This document shows, piece after piece, positions 26,090 to 39,082 of a stretch of 64,000 nucleotides of DNA. The first letter of the stretch is position 1, and every line of letters begins with the position of its first letter. The DNA is taken from contig NC_068981.1 of NCBI RefSeq assembly GCF_001194135.2, positions 58,841,432 through 58,905,431 of the forward strand, read 5' to 3'. Both the position numbers and the translations under genes were made by a program. Under the pieces are notes generated by a model, which had not been told where the DNA came from, did no database searches, and worked only from the letters and a program-made list of their open reading frames with translations. This DNA is from Octopus bimaculoides (lineage: Eukaryota).

Positions 26090-26740
26090 GTTAGCTCTTG
26101 GGGTGAAAAATCAACGCACCAAAACTAAAGTGGTATTCACAAGCGTTACGCTTTCTGAAAGGGTTGTCATCACATTCAGTAACGACATTCTGGCAAAGGT
26201 CGATCAATTCAAGTACTCTGACGCTACCTTTACTTCCACAGGGCAAAGATGAGATAAATGTCGGCATCAACTATGCACATGTTGCATTCTGTCATCTTCA
26301 AACACTGCAACTACCAGGTGCTTGTTTGTCTCGCACCAGCCTTATGCACGACTGCAAGACTTGATCAATGAATGCAGTGAACTCACATAAGCTAGAAGTA
26401 TTTATCTTTAGTCTTCATCAAAATCTCCAAATTACGCTTTGGATTTTTGTGCCATACTCAGAAGTTTGTTGTCCTTCTCACAATGATTCCTTTAAACAAC
26501 TCATGCTCAACAGATACTTTTGTTGCTTTAGTTACGCACTCCGTCGTCCATTGGATGAACTCATCTGCGAAGTCACACCAGAGCTCCTTCTACGATGACA
26601 TAAACGGTGAGGTGGGGAACTGAAAGTGTGGATTAGAACAATTAAGACGGATCTTGAATCCATATCTGGTCCTCACTTATATGATGTCCCCTGTTGGGGT
26701 CATGATTAGTTGACAATCTTTCCACATTTCAGCAATGTTG
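26090..26740 (+). mobile_element. RTE-like LINE, 3' half
   Basis: KINAPKTKVVF..KVDQFKY..DEINVGINYAHVAFCHLQ; YALRRPLDELI..KVWIRTIKTDLESISGP C-terminus. Confidence 0.75.
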
Positions 26741-27249
26741 CGTACATACACATACACACGCACACACATGTATATATGCACATATTTATTTACTTATACA
26801 TATATATTTATGTATACATATATATTTAAAGATATAAACAAAATATATATCCTCATAACACACACACACACAAAATACACACATATATATGTAAATCTAT
26901 ATTTATATTTATATAACTACCTTCACATTTGGAGTATTTCAACGACAAATAGAATGAAATAGAAAACGGGAGCATGGAACAACTCTTTTTATAAGTAGAG
27001 CTCACAATTTTAAAAAGAAAACAGTCAAGCATATTCTCCATAATTTTCGCATAATATTTGAAAATCATACTAAATCATTAGGTGAGTTAAAATAAAACAG
27101 GCTTGGATTATTAGATCGGAAACTTGAAACTTAGAGTACTGGCAATTGGGAACTTTTCAGTTATATTGAAATAATGAATATTCATTATTTACGTACTGAG
27201 TTCTGTAATCTATCGCTACTTGGTAAATCTTCAGAAACTACATACCTAT

Positions 27250-27530
27250 AAGATGGCATCAGATCTCCGTCGTTCGACGATGAGAGTTCAGTTATTCGAT
27301 CAACTGAATAACCAGCAACGGAATTAATGCGTAAATAACTGGGCATTCCACTGACACGTGTACTCTTACAGTAATTCTAAGCAGAGTCAGCGTGACACAA
27401 TAACCGTCAGTTACATCAGCTCCGTCAGCTCAGTTTCACTCACAAGATATGAGTCGATTCAAGTCTGTAGAAAATCTTATTTGCTCAAGATCCCACACGT
27501 TGGGATCGAACTTCTTAACCATGTGACCAT
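27250..27530 (-). mobile_element. Degenerate SINE related to family C
   Basis: Shares CTCCGTCG..GACGATGAG, GACACGTGTAC.CTTA and CAGCGTGACAC blocks with 23259-23641. Confidence 0.6.
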
Positions 27531-27547
27531 ACTGTGCCTAAATACTC

Positions 27548-27550
<3 letters not shown>

Positions 27551-27620
<70 letters not shown>
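27551..27620. repeat. (TCTA)n microsatellite (similar arrays near 39628-39706, 46896-46945, 47888-47969)
   Basis: Directly visible. Confidence 0.95.
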
Positions 27621-27623
<3 letters not shown>

Positions 27624-27708
27624 ACATTCATGCATACATGCATACAAATAGACAGGCAGACACATATATACAGTCGACAAAATATACAAAAAGGAAAATG
27701 AATATCTA

Positions 27709-27739
<31 letters not shown>

Positions 27740-28119
27740 TATGCATGCATAGAAACCTACATAAATGTACATATATATAGATATATTTATTGTATATTGA
27801 TAAATATGTTCTAACCAAAAACTAAAACATTTTCCGATGACATTTTTGAGGTTGATTGAAAAACCAGTTTTTATAAAATACATACACTTTCAGTTTTTTT
27901 TTACGTATATACAATTTAGTGTATATGATGCTATTTCTATTCATTTTGTTTTTATTAGCAAATATACAATCGATGGACAGTTTATTGCGCAAATACTGTA
28001 AACAGGTTATAGGTTATATTATGGAGTGGATATTGTGTTGCCATTGGTTGGTTAAAAAAAACCAATCGCAACACAATGCAAAACATACAATACACAATAT
28101 GCATTATACACATATACAT

Positions 28120-28182
<63 letters not shown>

Positions 28183-28192
28183 NNNNNNNNNN

Positions 28193-28241
<49 letters not shown>

Positions 28242-28349
28242 ATATTCAACTTAACGTGGATGTGTTGTTAGAGCGCCGAACACTGCTTTATCCACCTTGT
28301 GATGACCTCTCATATGGACGCATGATGCATAAAAGCACAAATATCTACA

Positions 28350-28398
28350 TCGCTCCCAATCACGTGATTTCAACGTGCCCCGTCTCTTCAGTAGCAGA
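28350..28398 (-). ncRNA. Near-canonical type I hammerhead ribozyme motif with decayed stem I
   Basis: CUGAAGA-GAC(GGGGCAC)GUU-GAAA-palindromic stem III AUCACGUGAU-U. Confidence 0.5.
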
Positions 28399-28477
28399 CA
28401 TCCAGTAGCCGCATACAGTTCAAATCTCACTGCTAGCGGTATATGAAAATCAGTGACTATTCTGACACAAGTATATA

Positions 28478-29660
28478 TACCGGGTTGAGTTTTTTTCGGA
28501 CTTTCACTGATGATTTTTGGCAACTTGTATATCCATGTTATATCATTAATTTGATATAACTTGTTGCTCATTTGTTGTTGGATTGTTCATTCTTTATTTT
28601 CGTATATAACATATAAACATTAATTGTTTATTCTTTCTTTCACAGCTTTGATAATGAGTGGCGAGAAAGTTGCAGTTAAAGCCATTTATGTTACCTGTGG
28701 GAAAATGGACTGAGTGCAAGGCCAGCGGCAACACAAATTATTGACATGGAAGGCTAGGAACTGTTAGATAATGTGTGGCATAAAACTGGTTGAGACGTTT
28801 CAAGGAAGGTGACACCAGCCGTGAAGATAAACCAAGGCCAGGGAGCCCTTCTGTTGTGGAAAATGAAGCCTTGCTTGACATAGTTGAACAGCCAAGCACA
28901 ATCACTCATACATTGACGGCAGTACTTGATCCTTCACAAAGCACCGTCAATTCACACTGCCATAAGCTCAGATTTGCGAACAGACACTGTCGGGAAACTC
29001 CATATGAACTAACCAATGACAAAGGTAACGATGAGTGAACACTTGCAAATAACTGCTGGTAAATCCTCGAGATGCTTGTTCTTAGCGCTGTCTTGTAACT
29101 GGGGATGAAAAATGAATCTATTTTCGTAATATCAATAAGGAAATTGAGTAGCTTCATTCCGGCAAGGCTTCAGAACCTGTAGTCAAACAAGACGGGATTG
29201 AACAGAAGTTCATATTGTGTGTTTGATGGAATATAGAGGGAGTGTTGCACTTTGTCCTAGATGGTCATGCTGTGAACGTTAATCTTTATGCTCAATAAGT
29301 GCGGCGAGTATTTGATGCTTTGAAAGCTTGCTACTCGGCAGTAACCAATCGAAGATGCGCACTCTCTGCAACATACACTGCTAATGTGACCAAGGCATGA
29401 GGAACTTGAACGGCTGGCAATGCTGCCTTCCCACTACAGACTTGCACCATCAAATTACCACGTGGTCCGACAAAAATGTGAATGAGATTGAAAAGGGGTG
29501 CAGGGAGTTTTTTGCTTCTAAACCACCCAATTGGTATAAGCATGGAATTGAGCTTCAGGCACCACAATGGCAACAGACAATAGAATATGATAGGAAATAT
29601 TTTGAAGAATAAACGATTTTCGTATGTAATTTCGCTAAATCCACAATTTTAAAAAATCCT
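28478..29660 (+). mobile_element. Mariner transposon, degenerate transposase, copy 1
   Basis: MSGEK start; RRFKEGDTSREDKPRPGSPSVVENEAL; VTGDEK; EFFASKPPNWYKHGIEL..WQQTIEYDRKYFEE stop. Confidence 0.88.
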
Positions 29661-29818
29661 CTCTCAGTTAATTTTCTCTTATTCCTTTCTGTTGAAGAGC
29701 GTAGGCTCGAAACATAAAAGACTTTCTCACTTACTCGAGCGTCAGACTAATACACCTGCTTGTTATTCATACACCTGTCTTCGTCTTTTGTTTTTCTGTA
29801 AATTTCAAGTATATGTAT

Positions 29819-29821
<3 letters not shown>

Positions 29822-29902
<81 letters not shown>
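29822..29902. repeat. (CA)n microsatellite (others near 5501-5570, 16131-16178, 28130-28182, 40225-40283, 48030-48128)
   Basis: Directly visible. Confidence 0.95.
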
Positions 29903-29907
<5 letters not shown>

Positions 29908-30300
29908 AAACAGTAAAAAATATATTGGAGGACTCACTCAATATTATCAAATTTATTTTAGCAAGTGAAAGTGGCGGCAGTTTTGAAGCTTTAGCTCAGT
30001 TACCTTCAATTGACTGACGAAGGTAACCGAGCAGAAACTTCGAAGTCACCGTCAGCCTTTCCTTGTTAAAGCAACACACACGCAGTGCTTTACTGAAGCC
30101 GAAAGATTTCACAGTCAATTACTTTGAGTTTGATTTCACAATGAGTTACTTTGAATCAGATGATCGGTTACGTGAAACCCAGAGTAATAGTTTGCGAAAG
30201 TTTTTACTATATTTACTTCTATCTTTGGTATTTGAGTACTGCTTTTTTCCAGCTGTTTTGAAGCTACATTCTTATACGTGTATGTATGTGTATGAGTGTA

Positions 30301-30344
<44 letters not shown>

Positions 30345-31081
30345 TGTATGTGTGTATTTGTTGCATTTGATAAATATTTTTCGTTATGCATATGTTCTGC
30401 TATGTGTTTGCTTATATATGCTCTAAACAAAGAATACGCACTAAATAAAAACAAACAAAATAAAATAAAATAAGATAAAAGAAGATAAAATATAACTCAT
30501 TTTCTGATATTTTAGGTAGGCATGACCTGGAAAATCACTATTTATAAAAAATATGCACATATGCATGTTTTACCAATACCATTTAATATATATAATGTCA
30601 AAGTGTTTACACGCACCATACCAAGTTATATATACATTATATTCGCGTCTATCAAATATATTTATGTTTATATTATGATATAATGCTAAACTGAGCTGGA
30701 ATATAAGGAAATATTGTCACTAACTAGCGCATTGAAATTAAAAGTATAATTCTGAGTTGAAGTACATTGGTTTGGTTTCTGTATTTGAATGATCGATATT
30801 GTAATTGCCCTAGATAACAGGTAAGGAAAAGAAAACATGGTAAACTGCATAGCATAGACTTTCACTAATTGTGTCCTTTATTCTGTATGAAAGGTGTAGC
30901 ATCATGTATAAGTACAATTTCCTTTCATTTTGGTTTTTGCTAGCAAATATTCAATCAATGGCCGGTTTATTAAGTGAATAATGTAGACAGGTTGTAGGTT
31001 ATATTATACACTGCAGATTATGCTGCGATTGGTTGGTTCCAGAAAAAATTGTTATGTTAGTTGGTTATAAATTAGTGAACA

Positions 31082-31490
31082 GTAGTTGGTTGTTATTCAG
31101 AATGTATGTATGTATGTATGTATGTATGTATGTATGTATGTATGTATGTATGTATGTATGTATGTATTTATGCATGAATGTATTCATGCATGTATGTATA
31201 TTTGTATGCATGTATGTATGTATGTATGTATGTATGTATGTATGTATGTATGCGTGTATGCATACATGTATGCATGTATGAATGAATGAATAAACGTATG
31301 AATGGATGTATGCAGGTATGAACGTATGTGTGCATGCATACATATTTGTTCATATGTGTGAATGAATGAACAAATGCATGAATGTATGTTGGTATGAATG
31401 TATGTACGTATATATGCATATATGTCTGTATGTGTGTTATGTGTGCTATATCACTATAAATATGTATATCTATGTGTATGTACGTACATA
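31082..31490. repeat. (TATG)n and degenerate TATG array (similar at 55411-55710)
   Basis: Directly visible. Confidence 0.9.
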
Positions 31491-32384
31491 CATACACAGC
31501 AAATTAATAAAAATTATAGATTTAAATGCAATTAGATTACTTCAAGAATATGACTAATGGCTTATTAGTTCCAATGCAACTGCTTACTGCTATAATTTGT
31601 AATGTTTTCAATTTTTAAATGAGAAGTTTATTTATATTTCGAAGTTGTACTTGTCTAGCAATTGATTTGATCCGAGACCGTCTGTTGAAAGTGAAGCAAC
31701 TGCATAGTGGAGTAACCATTATAGCTGTTTGATAAAATACAAAGCTGTCAAATTCACTTTAAATTGATTTCATGAAATGTCCAAAATTTTTGTCGCCTAA
31801 CAACAGCCTGGTCACGACGAAATTTCACTGCAACTACAAAAGAAAATTAATAATAAAAATAAAATGAAATATTTAAAAATTTTAAGTGAGTCTAACGGTT
31901 TTGTTTGTTGTTAAATAGCTCTTATGAAATATTTTTGCTTTGGTTTATCGTCTTGTACGTATATCAAATTAGGTACATCGAATAATACTAGTGTCCCAAC
32001 AATTTTAATTATTTGTTTTTGAGGATAAGTTCTAATGTACAGGAAAGAAGTGATTAGGTTATGATTAATAATTGTTAGTCGTTAATTATATTTTTACCAA
32101 TTTGCTATTGTAGGAGTTGAAATAAGCAGCCTCTTGGTTTTACCTGCATGTGCATGCTTGGATATTTCGAATGTGTTATGCATCCCCCCTCTCTCTCTCC
32201 CACATATTCTCTCACTGACATCTATATAAATATAGAAAGACCTGAGGCATACCAAGAGTTGAGAGGTCATGTCATTGGTGAAGTCGCGAATAGCGATGAA
32301 ATGACTTTGACAAACCTAGCTGATTAACTGATCGAACGATTAAGCGATTAGTTAATTAACCAATTCATTAATAATGGTTTCAAC

Positions 32385-32562
32385 GATTTTGGGGGAGGGG
32401 CTAAGTCAATTATATCGATCCCGGTGCTTAACTGGTATTTATTTTATCTACCCTGAAAGGATGAAGGGCAAAGTCGACTTCGGCGGAATTTGAACTCAGA
32501 ATGTAAAGAAATGTCACTAAGCATTCTGCTCGACGTGCTAACGATTCTGCCAGCTCGCCGCC
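32385..32562 (-). mobile_element. SINE family A
   Basis: Reverse complement of head and body (…TTTGAACTCAG…TGCCAGCTCGCCGCC). Confidence 0.9.
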
Positions 32563-32748
32563 TTAACAATTAACTAATAATAGTAATAAAAGAAGCGAAA
32601 TAGAACCACTGTGTGCATTTATAATTGGCATAATGACCCTCCTGAGAGATAACAAAATTTGTTTCAACACTCGAGTTCACATCAAGAATCTCGCAAACCA
32701 AACATAAAAACGAAATAATGTACATTTGTAATATATGTTAATGTGAAA

Positions 32749-32960
32749 GGCGGTGAGCTGGTAGAATTGTTACCGCGCCGGGAAAAATACTTAGCAGCTT
32801 TTCGTCCGTCATTACGTTCTGAGTTCAAATTCCACTGAGGTCGACTTTGCTTTTCCTCCTTTCGTGATCGATAAAATAAGTACCAGCTGAGCGCTGGGGT
32901 CTATGTAATTGATTTAACCCCTCTCCGGAAATTACTGGGCTTGTACCAAAAATCGAAACT
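32749..32960 (+). mobile_element. SINE family A
   Basis: GGCGGTGAGCTGGTAGAATTG head, box B, body and CCAAAAATCGAAAC tail. Confidence 0.9.
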
Positions 32961-33520
32961 AATATATATTAATATGGTTGTCAATTTTAATTTTGTATGT
33001 GAATTTGCATATTTTGTCGGCAACACCAAACACTCTGGCAAATTATCTTGATTTATAATTGACGATAATCGCGGTAGTACTTAACTTCTTTTAGCGGGTT
33101 TATTTGCATGTTAATCCGCTTGCTCACTAGCATAGAAGCATTAACTTTGATATTTTACTTTTTACCGTACCTGAATATTTTAATTTTGAAGATAGTTACA
33201 CGTATGTTAAAAAAAGTCAGTTAATGACATTGATTTTGTATAATCATTTCATAGATAATATATCCATATTGTGGAAGTTGTGGCAGACATATTCTCTATA
33301 TGATTCGAGATCTTCATAATTGAGTACGTTTTTACGTCTACTACGATTAAGAATTTACCGGCAATAATTGCAACCTTTCATCTCACGAACATCATTTATT
33401 TAAAAACAAAACCAACTTAACAACTTAAAGCAGCGTTACCAAAATAAATTCTTTTGCAGAACCTTGAAACGCATTTCATGTCACAGGGACCCCCTTCATA
33501 CAAATTATCATGCATATTTA

Positions 33521-34495
33521 TTAGTGAAGAAGATAGTAGGAAAATCCTTCAAAAGGTGATACAAATATGCAGTCTGGCACACCTATAGTTTAAAACATTA
33601 TCTTTAAGATAGGCATGATTGCCAACGTGAAAATTGAAAATGGCAGCCAAAATTCATGCTGGCATCCAACATTAAAAACTAATAATTGCGATGAACAGGA
33701 GATAAGTTATATTATAATAAACGTTATTTATTAGGCTATATTTTACACGAATAGCCTTATATTTACCTTTTGAAGGATTTTTTTACTATCTTCTTCACTG
33801 ATTCAGGTTATACAGGTTTCATCATCAATCAAATACATGGACAAGCACAGAGGGAAGTACAAAGAAGGGCTGACTTGTTGCATGTGCAACGTCCTGCACA
33901 TTCAGTTTTGCATTGGCACTTTTTAAGTGCTTAGCATTGTTCTGCTATGGTTCTTAGTTCAGTCCAGTGAATAGTAAATGTGTCATCGTCATTATTATTT
34001 CAACCCCAGGTAATGGCAGTGCTGGCTTCGTCTGGAGGGCCTGGCCCCATATATGCCCCGCCTGATATGTAGCTCCGCATGACATGTATAACCTGAAATA
34101 GTAAAGAGGATAATAGAAAAATCCTCCAAAAGGTAAATATAAGGCTATTTGTGTAAAGTATTGCATAATATATAACGTTTATTATAATAAAACTTATTTC
34201 CTGTTCATTGCAATTATTAATTTTTAATGTTGGACGCCATCTTGGATTTTGGCCGCAATTTTCGATTTTCACGTTGAAAGTCATGCCTACCTTAAAGAGA
34301 ATGTTTTACATTATAAGTGTGCCAGACTGCATATTTGTATCACCTTTTGAAGGATTTTTCTACTATCTTCTTCACTAAAATGTTGATTGCCATCTTGGAT
34401 TTTGGCCACCTTTTCAATTTTCATGCCTATCTTAAAGACGATGTTTTAAATTAGAAGTGTGCCAAATTGCATGTCTGCATCACCTTTTGAAGGTT
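33521..34495. mobile_element. Fold-back/MITE-like element: 294-bp inverted arms, each with its own ~35-bp inverted ends, plus a partial tandem copy
   Basis: 33521-33814 is the reverse complement of 34085-34378; 34380-34495 repeats the outer part of the right arm. Confidence 0.9.
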
Positions 34496-36079
34496 TCTTA
34501 CAATGTTCGACGTTTGTCCTATTCACTATATTATTATTTCGCTTTCTTTTTTGATGCTAAATGTTTTAGAGATTAAACAAACCAGAAAATTGTTTTCAAA
34601 GACTTGACTGCGCTATAGTCATCTGACACCACAAAGAAAGGTTAAGAAGTTTTATCATAACCAATGCCTTGTATAGACCAAATTCCCTTTACAATTCCTT
34701 ATTAAGGAGTCATTCCCTCCGTAGGGTCACCTTCCTACTAACAGGTACAAAGATTTTGACTATGCTGTGCATCTATAATAAAATTACGAATACAGAATTA
34801 AATACAAAAATGACACTAAAATTCAGTTAATAAGCATAATTATGATTTGGTTACAGCGAAGGAGTTGTTACTGTGAGTTATAACGTATTCTAAAGCTTTT
34901 GACGCTATTTGAAACGACTTGATTATTGTCAGAAACCTTATTCGATCAGAACTCCCTTCTATTAAATATTATTAGCTAATGTAATTTGTAGAGATGCGTT
35001 TGGCGTGCTCGTAACATTTTCTGATGTAATCGTTACCTTGAATAAAACACGTTTCAATTAAAAAGTTAGTATTTGCATCTCCAGAATAGAACCATAAATA
35101 GTTGAGTGAAATGTCACTAGGTAGTCTTCTTTCACAACTATCACAATTATTCTCCAACTATAAAAAAAAATCCGCACATTGTAAAATAAGATTCAGAATC
35201 CAAGGAAACTGGTGGCGGTCTGCGTTGGCAAAAATTTATCCTTAAAAGTTCATAGATTAACTATAATACAGCAAGTTAATTTGATGTGAAGATTTTGGAT
35301 AATTCTTCTCTGGAAAGAAAAAAAAACTTATAAAGATTAAAACCGCAATAGTTAGGAAGTAAGTGAAAAATGAGGAGGGAGAGGAGGGGAGCTTAATGGA
35401 CAATGTTAGTAGTAGGAAGTAATATGAATATATGGAAGAAGAACGGTATCGGAGGAGGTAAAGTAAAAGGGTAATCTGACAAAAGTTATGTGTGGAACCA
35501 GGTCGAATGAAAGCCAGGTTAAGTGAATTATTGAACATTAGGATTGTATGAGGCAAGTTGCAGGTGAGGAGGAAAGAACTGAAATGGTGAAAACACTTAA
35601 AAGACGCACGAATATATACATTCAAGTGGAAGCTTACATACATATACTTATGCGTACATAGTTGCATGTGAATCTGTGTGTGTGTGTGCGCGTAAGGGCG
35701 TGTGCGTGTGTTTACCGGAAGAGATGCTGGTTGATGAGCTAGAAAGACGGAGGAGGACGTTTCTCTTGCTGTCCACTCACGGCCTGCCTAGTCTATGGAT
35801 TTTGTTTGACAGATATCTTTTAAATGTTCAAAACTCTACAGAAAAGACAAACGAGCTGTTGTGACGTTGATATGTTTTCTAATAGTATTAAGTATGAATA
35901 ACGTTAAGTATTTGAACGCTAGAATCGAGACGAGGTTGCGTTGGAAAATTCGTGGTAAGTTTGAAGAAAATGACATTGTTTGTATATGTAAACATTATAT
36001 ANNNNNNNNNNAGAGAGAGAGAGAGAGAGAGAGAGAGAACTTTGAAATTTTTTTCAGCTTTAATATATGATACGAGCAA

Positions 36080-36290
36080 GCCGTCGGGATAGCAGAACCG
36101 TTTGCTTCTGGGAAAAATGCCCGGCAGCACTTCGTCCTACAGAACGTTCGGAGTTCAAATGTCGCCAGGGTCGACTTTGCCTTTCACCCTCTCGGGATCG
36201 ATAAAATAAATACCAGTTGAACATTTGGGTCGATGTAATCGGCTTAGCCCCTCCCCCGAAATTGCTGGCATTGTATCAAAATTTGAAACC
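36080..36290 (+). mobile_element. SINE family A, degenerate
   Basis: GAGTTCAAATGTCGCC, GTCGACTTTGCCTTTCA, AAATTGCTGGC..AAAATTTGAAACC. Confidence 0.85.
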
Positions 36291-37454
36291 AAAATATGAT
36301 ACAGGATATAACATCAAATGTAAATCTGATGTGTGAGAATTCGTGGTTCATTTGCTTGTGCAGTCTTTTGCGTCATAATATTTAGTGCTGAGGCATGATT
36401 TCAAAGGTTTAGGTATAAAAATCCAAGAAAAACGTTGTATTGCTTAATTGTTTTTGTTGTTTAGTCTCAGTCGGCTTTGATCGAACAAACCCAAGAAATA
36501 AAGATGGCATTTTCTCCCTGTGGCCTCATGTCATGGGAACTAAAGGAATCATGCAAATGCGTTTTCTAATTTGCTATGGTATGATTTGAGGGAAATTTGA
36601 CTGCTGTGTTTTTCAGATCGAAACTCTGTAGTACTTACTTTTACGTAATTGTAGCTATAAGTTTTCCATTCGCAGCATTTGTAGAAAGGAGCAAGTGGTC
36701 TGTGGATGGTTAAAAGGCGATTCTTTTAATTAGAAATGCAATCATAGTTAAAAGTTTTCTCAAGTAATTAATATTAAAATTAATCGTTCAGTGAATGTTT
36801 TAAAGATATCACAATTAAAGAAAACAACTTAAAGAATATTAAAATATTTATTTATTTTATTCAATTTAATATTTTTATTGAGTTTCCAAATAATTAAATA
36901 TTACTCTCACAATTATTAATTAATGGCATTATAATAACTTCATCTTCATGTTTGCTTTAATATTTAGAAGTGACCAGAAGGGTAGTGGAGGGCAGTTGAA
37001 GTAGAAGAGCATCTAACAAAATGTATTGCAGTATTTAATTATGTCCATTTTACATTTCTGAGCTCAAATCTCACCGGTTTAACTATTTTGTTTTTAATAT
37101 ATGAGGATGATGCTGATGATACTGATGATGGAGGTAATGATGATGGAGATGATGATGGCGATGATGATGGAATTTTCCGTCGGAGACAACATGTGAGTGT
37201 TCAGTAAAGGTAAAACAATTCTAGTTAACGAACTCGAAATGATAACAGAACAATATTCAAACAAACATAACCACAATACATCACACACCTACAAAACAAC
37301 CGCAAGATTAGGAAAAATAAATATAGATGTAGAATTGGTATACATGGTGTTCGGGCTAAATTTGACAGTCTGCTTGAAAAGAAAAGAAAACACAATATCC
37401 CCATCCAAAAATAGAAGTATAGTTGTAGAAATTCCCCGACAACCACTTCTGACT

Positions 37455-37620
37455 CTTCCTGCTGCCACACATTTGGCCTTACAGCAGCAACCCTCTCCAT
37501 CCATAGTTTGACCACAGTCTCCAGCAGCTTCACATAGCATCTGAATTCAGCCTAAAGTCCTGTTCAACGATGTGCGGATAAAGCCCGGCGTGCGAACGCA
37601 GTCAAAAAGCCTACTGTATC
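37455..37620 (-). mobile_element. Tc1/mariner-superfamily DDE/D transposase fragment
   Basis: PHIVEQDFRLNSD..VKLLETVVKLWMERVAAVRPNVWQQE (cf. YVWQQDSAP). Confidence 0.7.
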
Positions 37621-37797
37621 CTTTCCTGTTGGTCACAGCTTCGTAGTTTCCGTTGCAGCTGTCCATGTCACGTTTTACAGCCTTTACATACCATTGACAT
37701 CGGCATTTTGATACCCGGCGAGGATCATCATGACACAGTTAACATTTTCCCAATGTTCAGACGGTTTTCAATCCTCCATGGCAGCTAACCATTTCAA

Positions 37798-38000
37798 GGC
37801 GGCGAGCTGGCATAATCGTTACCGCGCCGGGAAAAAGGTTTAGTGGTATTTCTTCCGACTTCCAGAGTTCAAATGTTGCCGGGGTCGATTTTGCCTTTCA
37901 TCCTTTCGGAGACGATAAAATAAGTACCTGTTGAACACTGGGGTCGATATAATTGACTTATCCCCTCCCCCGAAATTGCTGGCCTTGCATCAAAATTTAA
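37798..38000 (+). mobile_element. SINE family A
   Basis: GGCGGCGAGCTGGCATAATCGTT head through AAATTGCTGGCCTTG tail. Confidence 0.9.
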
Positions 38001-38196
38001 AATATTATCAGCTAACTTTTCCTCAACTACAGCTTTAATTTTCATGTTCATAATGCCCTTGGCTCTTCAACAATATATCAAGCTGGTGTTGAGAAAAGGA
38101 GACATAAAAATAGTCAAATTTAGCCCGAACATCCTGTAAATACACTAGAGTGATTCATTTTCTGTTATTTAAACTATAGTGATGTACAAATTATTC

Positions 38197-38379
38197 TTTT
38201 CTACACTAGGCACAAGGTCCGAAATTTTGGGGGAGGGGGCCAGTCGATTAGATCGACCCCAGTACGTAACTGGTACTTAATTTATCGACCCCGAAAGGAT
38301 GAAAGGCAAAGTCGAAAGACAGACGAAATACCGCTAAGCATTTTATCCGGCGTGCTAACGATTCTGCCAGCTCGCCGCC
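38197..38379 (-). mobile_element. SINE family A with internal deletion of the box B segment
   Basis: Reverse-complement body; AAAGTCGA joined directly to AAGACAGACGAAATACCGC. Confidence 0.9.
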
Positions 38380-39082
38380 TTACAAATTAATTTATTCTAC
38401 TTGGTGACCTGATGCGAATCTTTATTTCGTACGTATTTACTGGCAGTCTAATTATTTTAAGTGACTATGTTGTCAAGAGCAGTCATAGACATTCCCTCAG
38501 CCCCCCACACCTATATTTGGTCTTGCTGAACATTCAGGATGTGGCAGCTAGAAGGAGAGAGTACTAGTGCAGTTCTTATTGTCTGATGAGTTGATAGGAT
38601 TAACGTGAAACAAAGTACCTAGCTGAAGGATTAAACTTGCTACTCAGTTGAGTAGCAAGTTATATATATATATAGCAAGTTATATATATATANNNNNNNN
38701 NNNNNNNNNNNNNNNNNNNNNNNNNNNNNNNNNNNNNNNNNNNNNNNNNNNNNNNNNNNNNNNNNNNNNNNNNNNNNNNNNNNNNNNNNNNNNNNNNNNN
38801 NNNNNNNNNNNNNNNNNNNNNNNNNNNNNNNNNNNNNNNNNNNNNNNNNNNNNNNNNNNNNNNNNNNNNNNNNNNNNNNNNNNNNNNNNNNNNNNNNNNN
38901 NNNNNNNNNNNNNNNNNNNNNNNNNNNNNNNNNNNNNNNNNNNNNNNNNNNNNNNNNNNNNNNNNNNNNNNNNNNNNNNNNNNNNNNNNNNNNNNNNNNN
39001 NNNNNNNNNNNNNNNNNNNNNNNNNNNNNNNNNNNNNNNNNNNNNNNNNNNNNNNNNNNNNNNNNNNNNNNNNNNNNNNNTA

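Noticed and set aside
24181-31557. ORFs rich in HT/CV/YI/MYVC/LS repeats (also 43783, 47880, 52485-52920, 55411, 62036)
   Set aside because: These are translations of CA, TA, TATG and GA microsatellites, not proteins.
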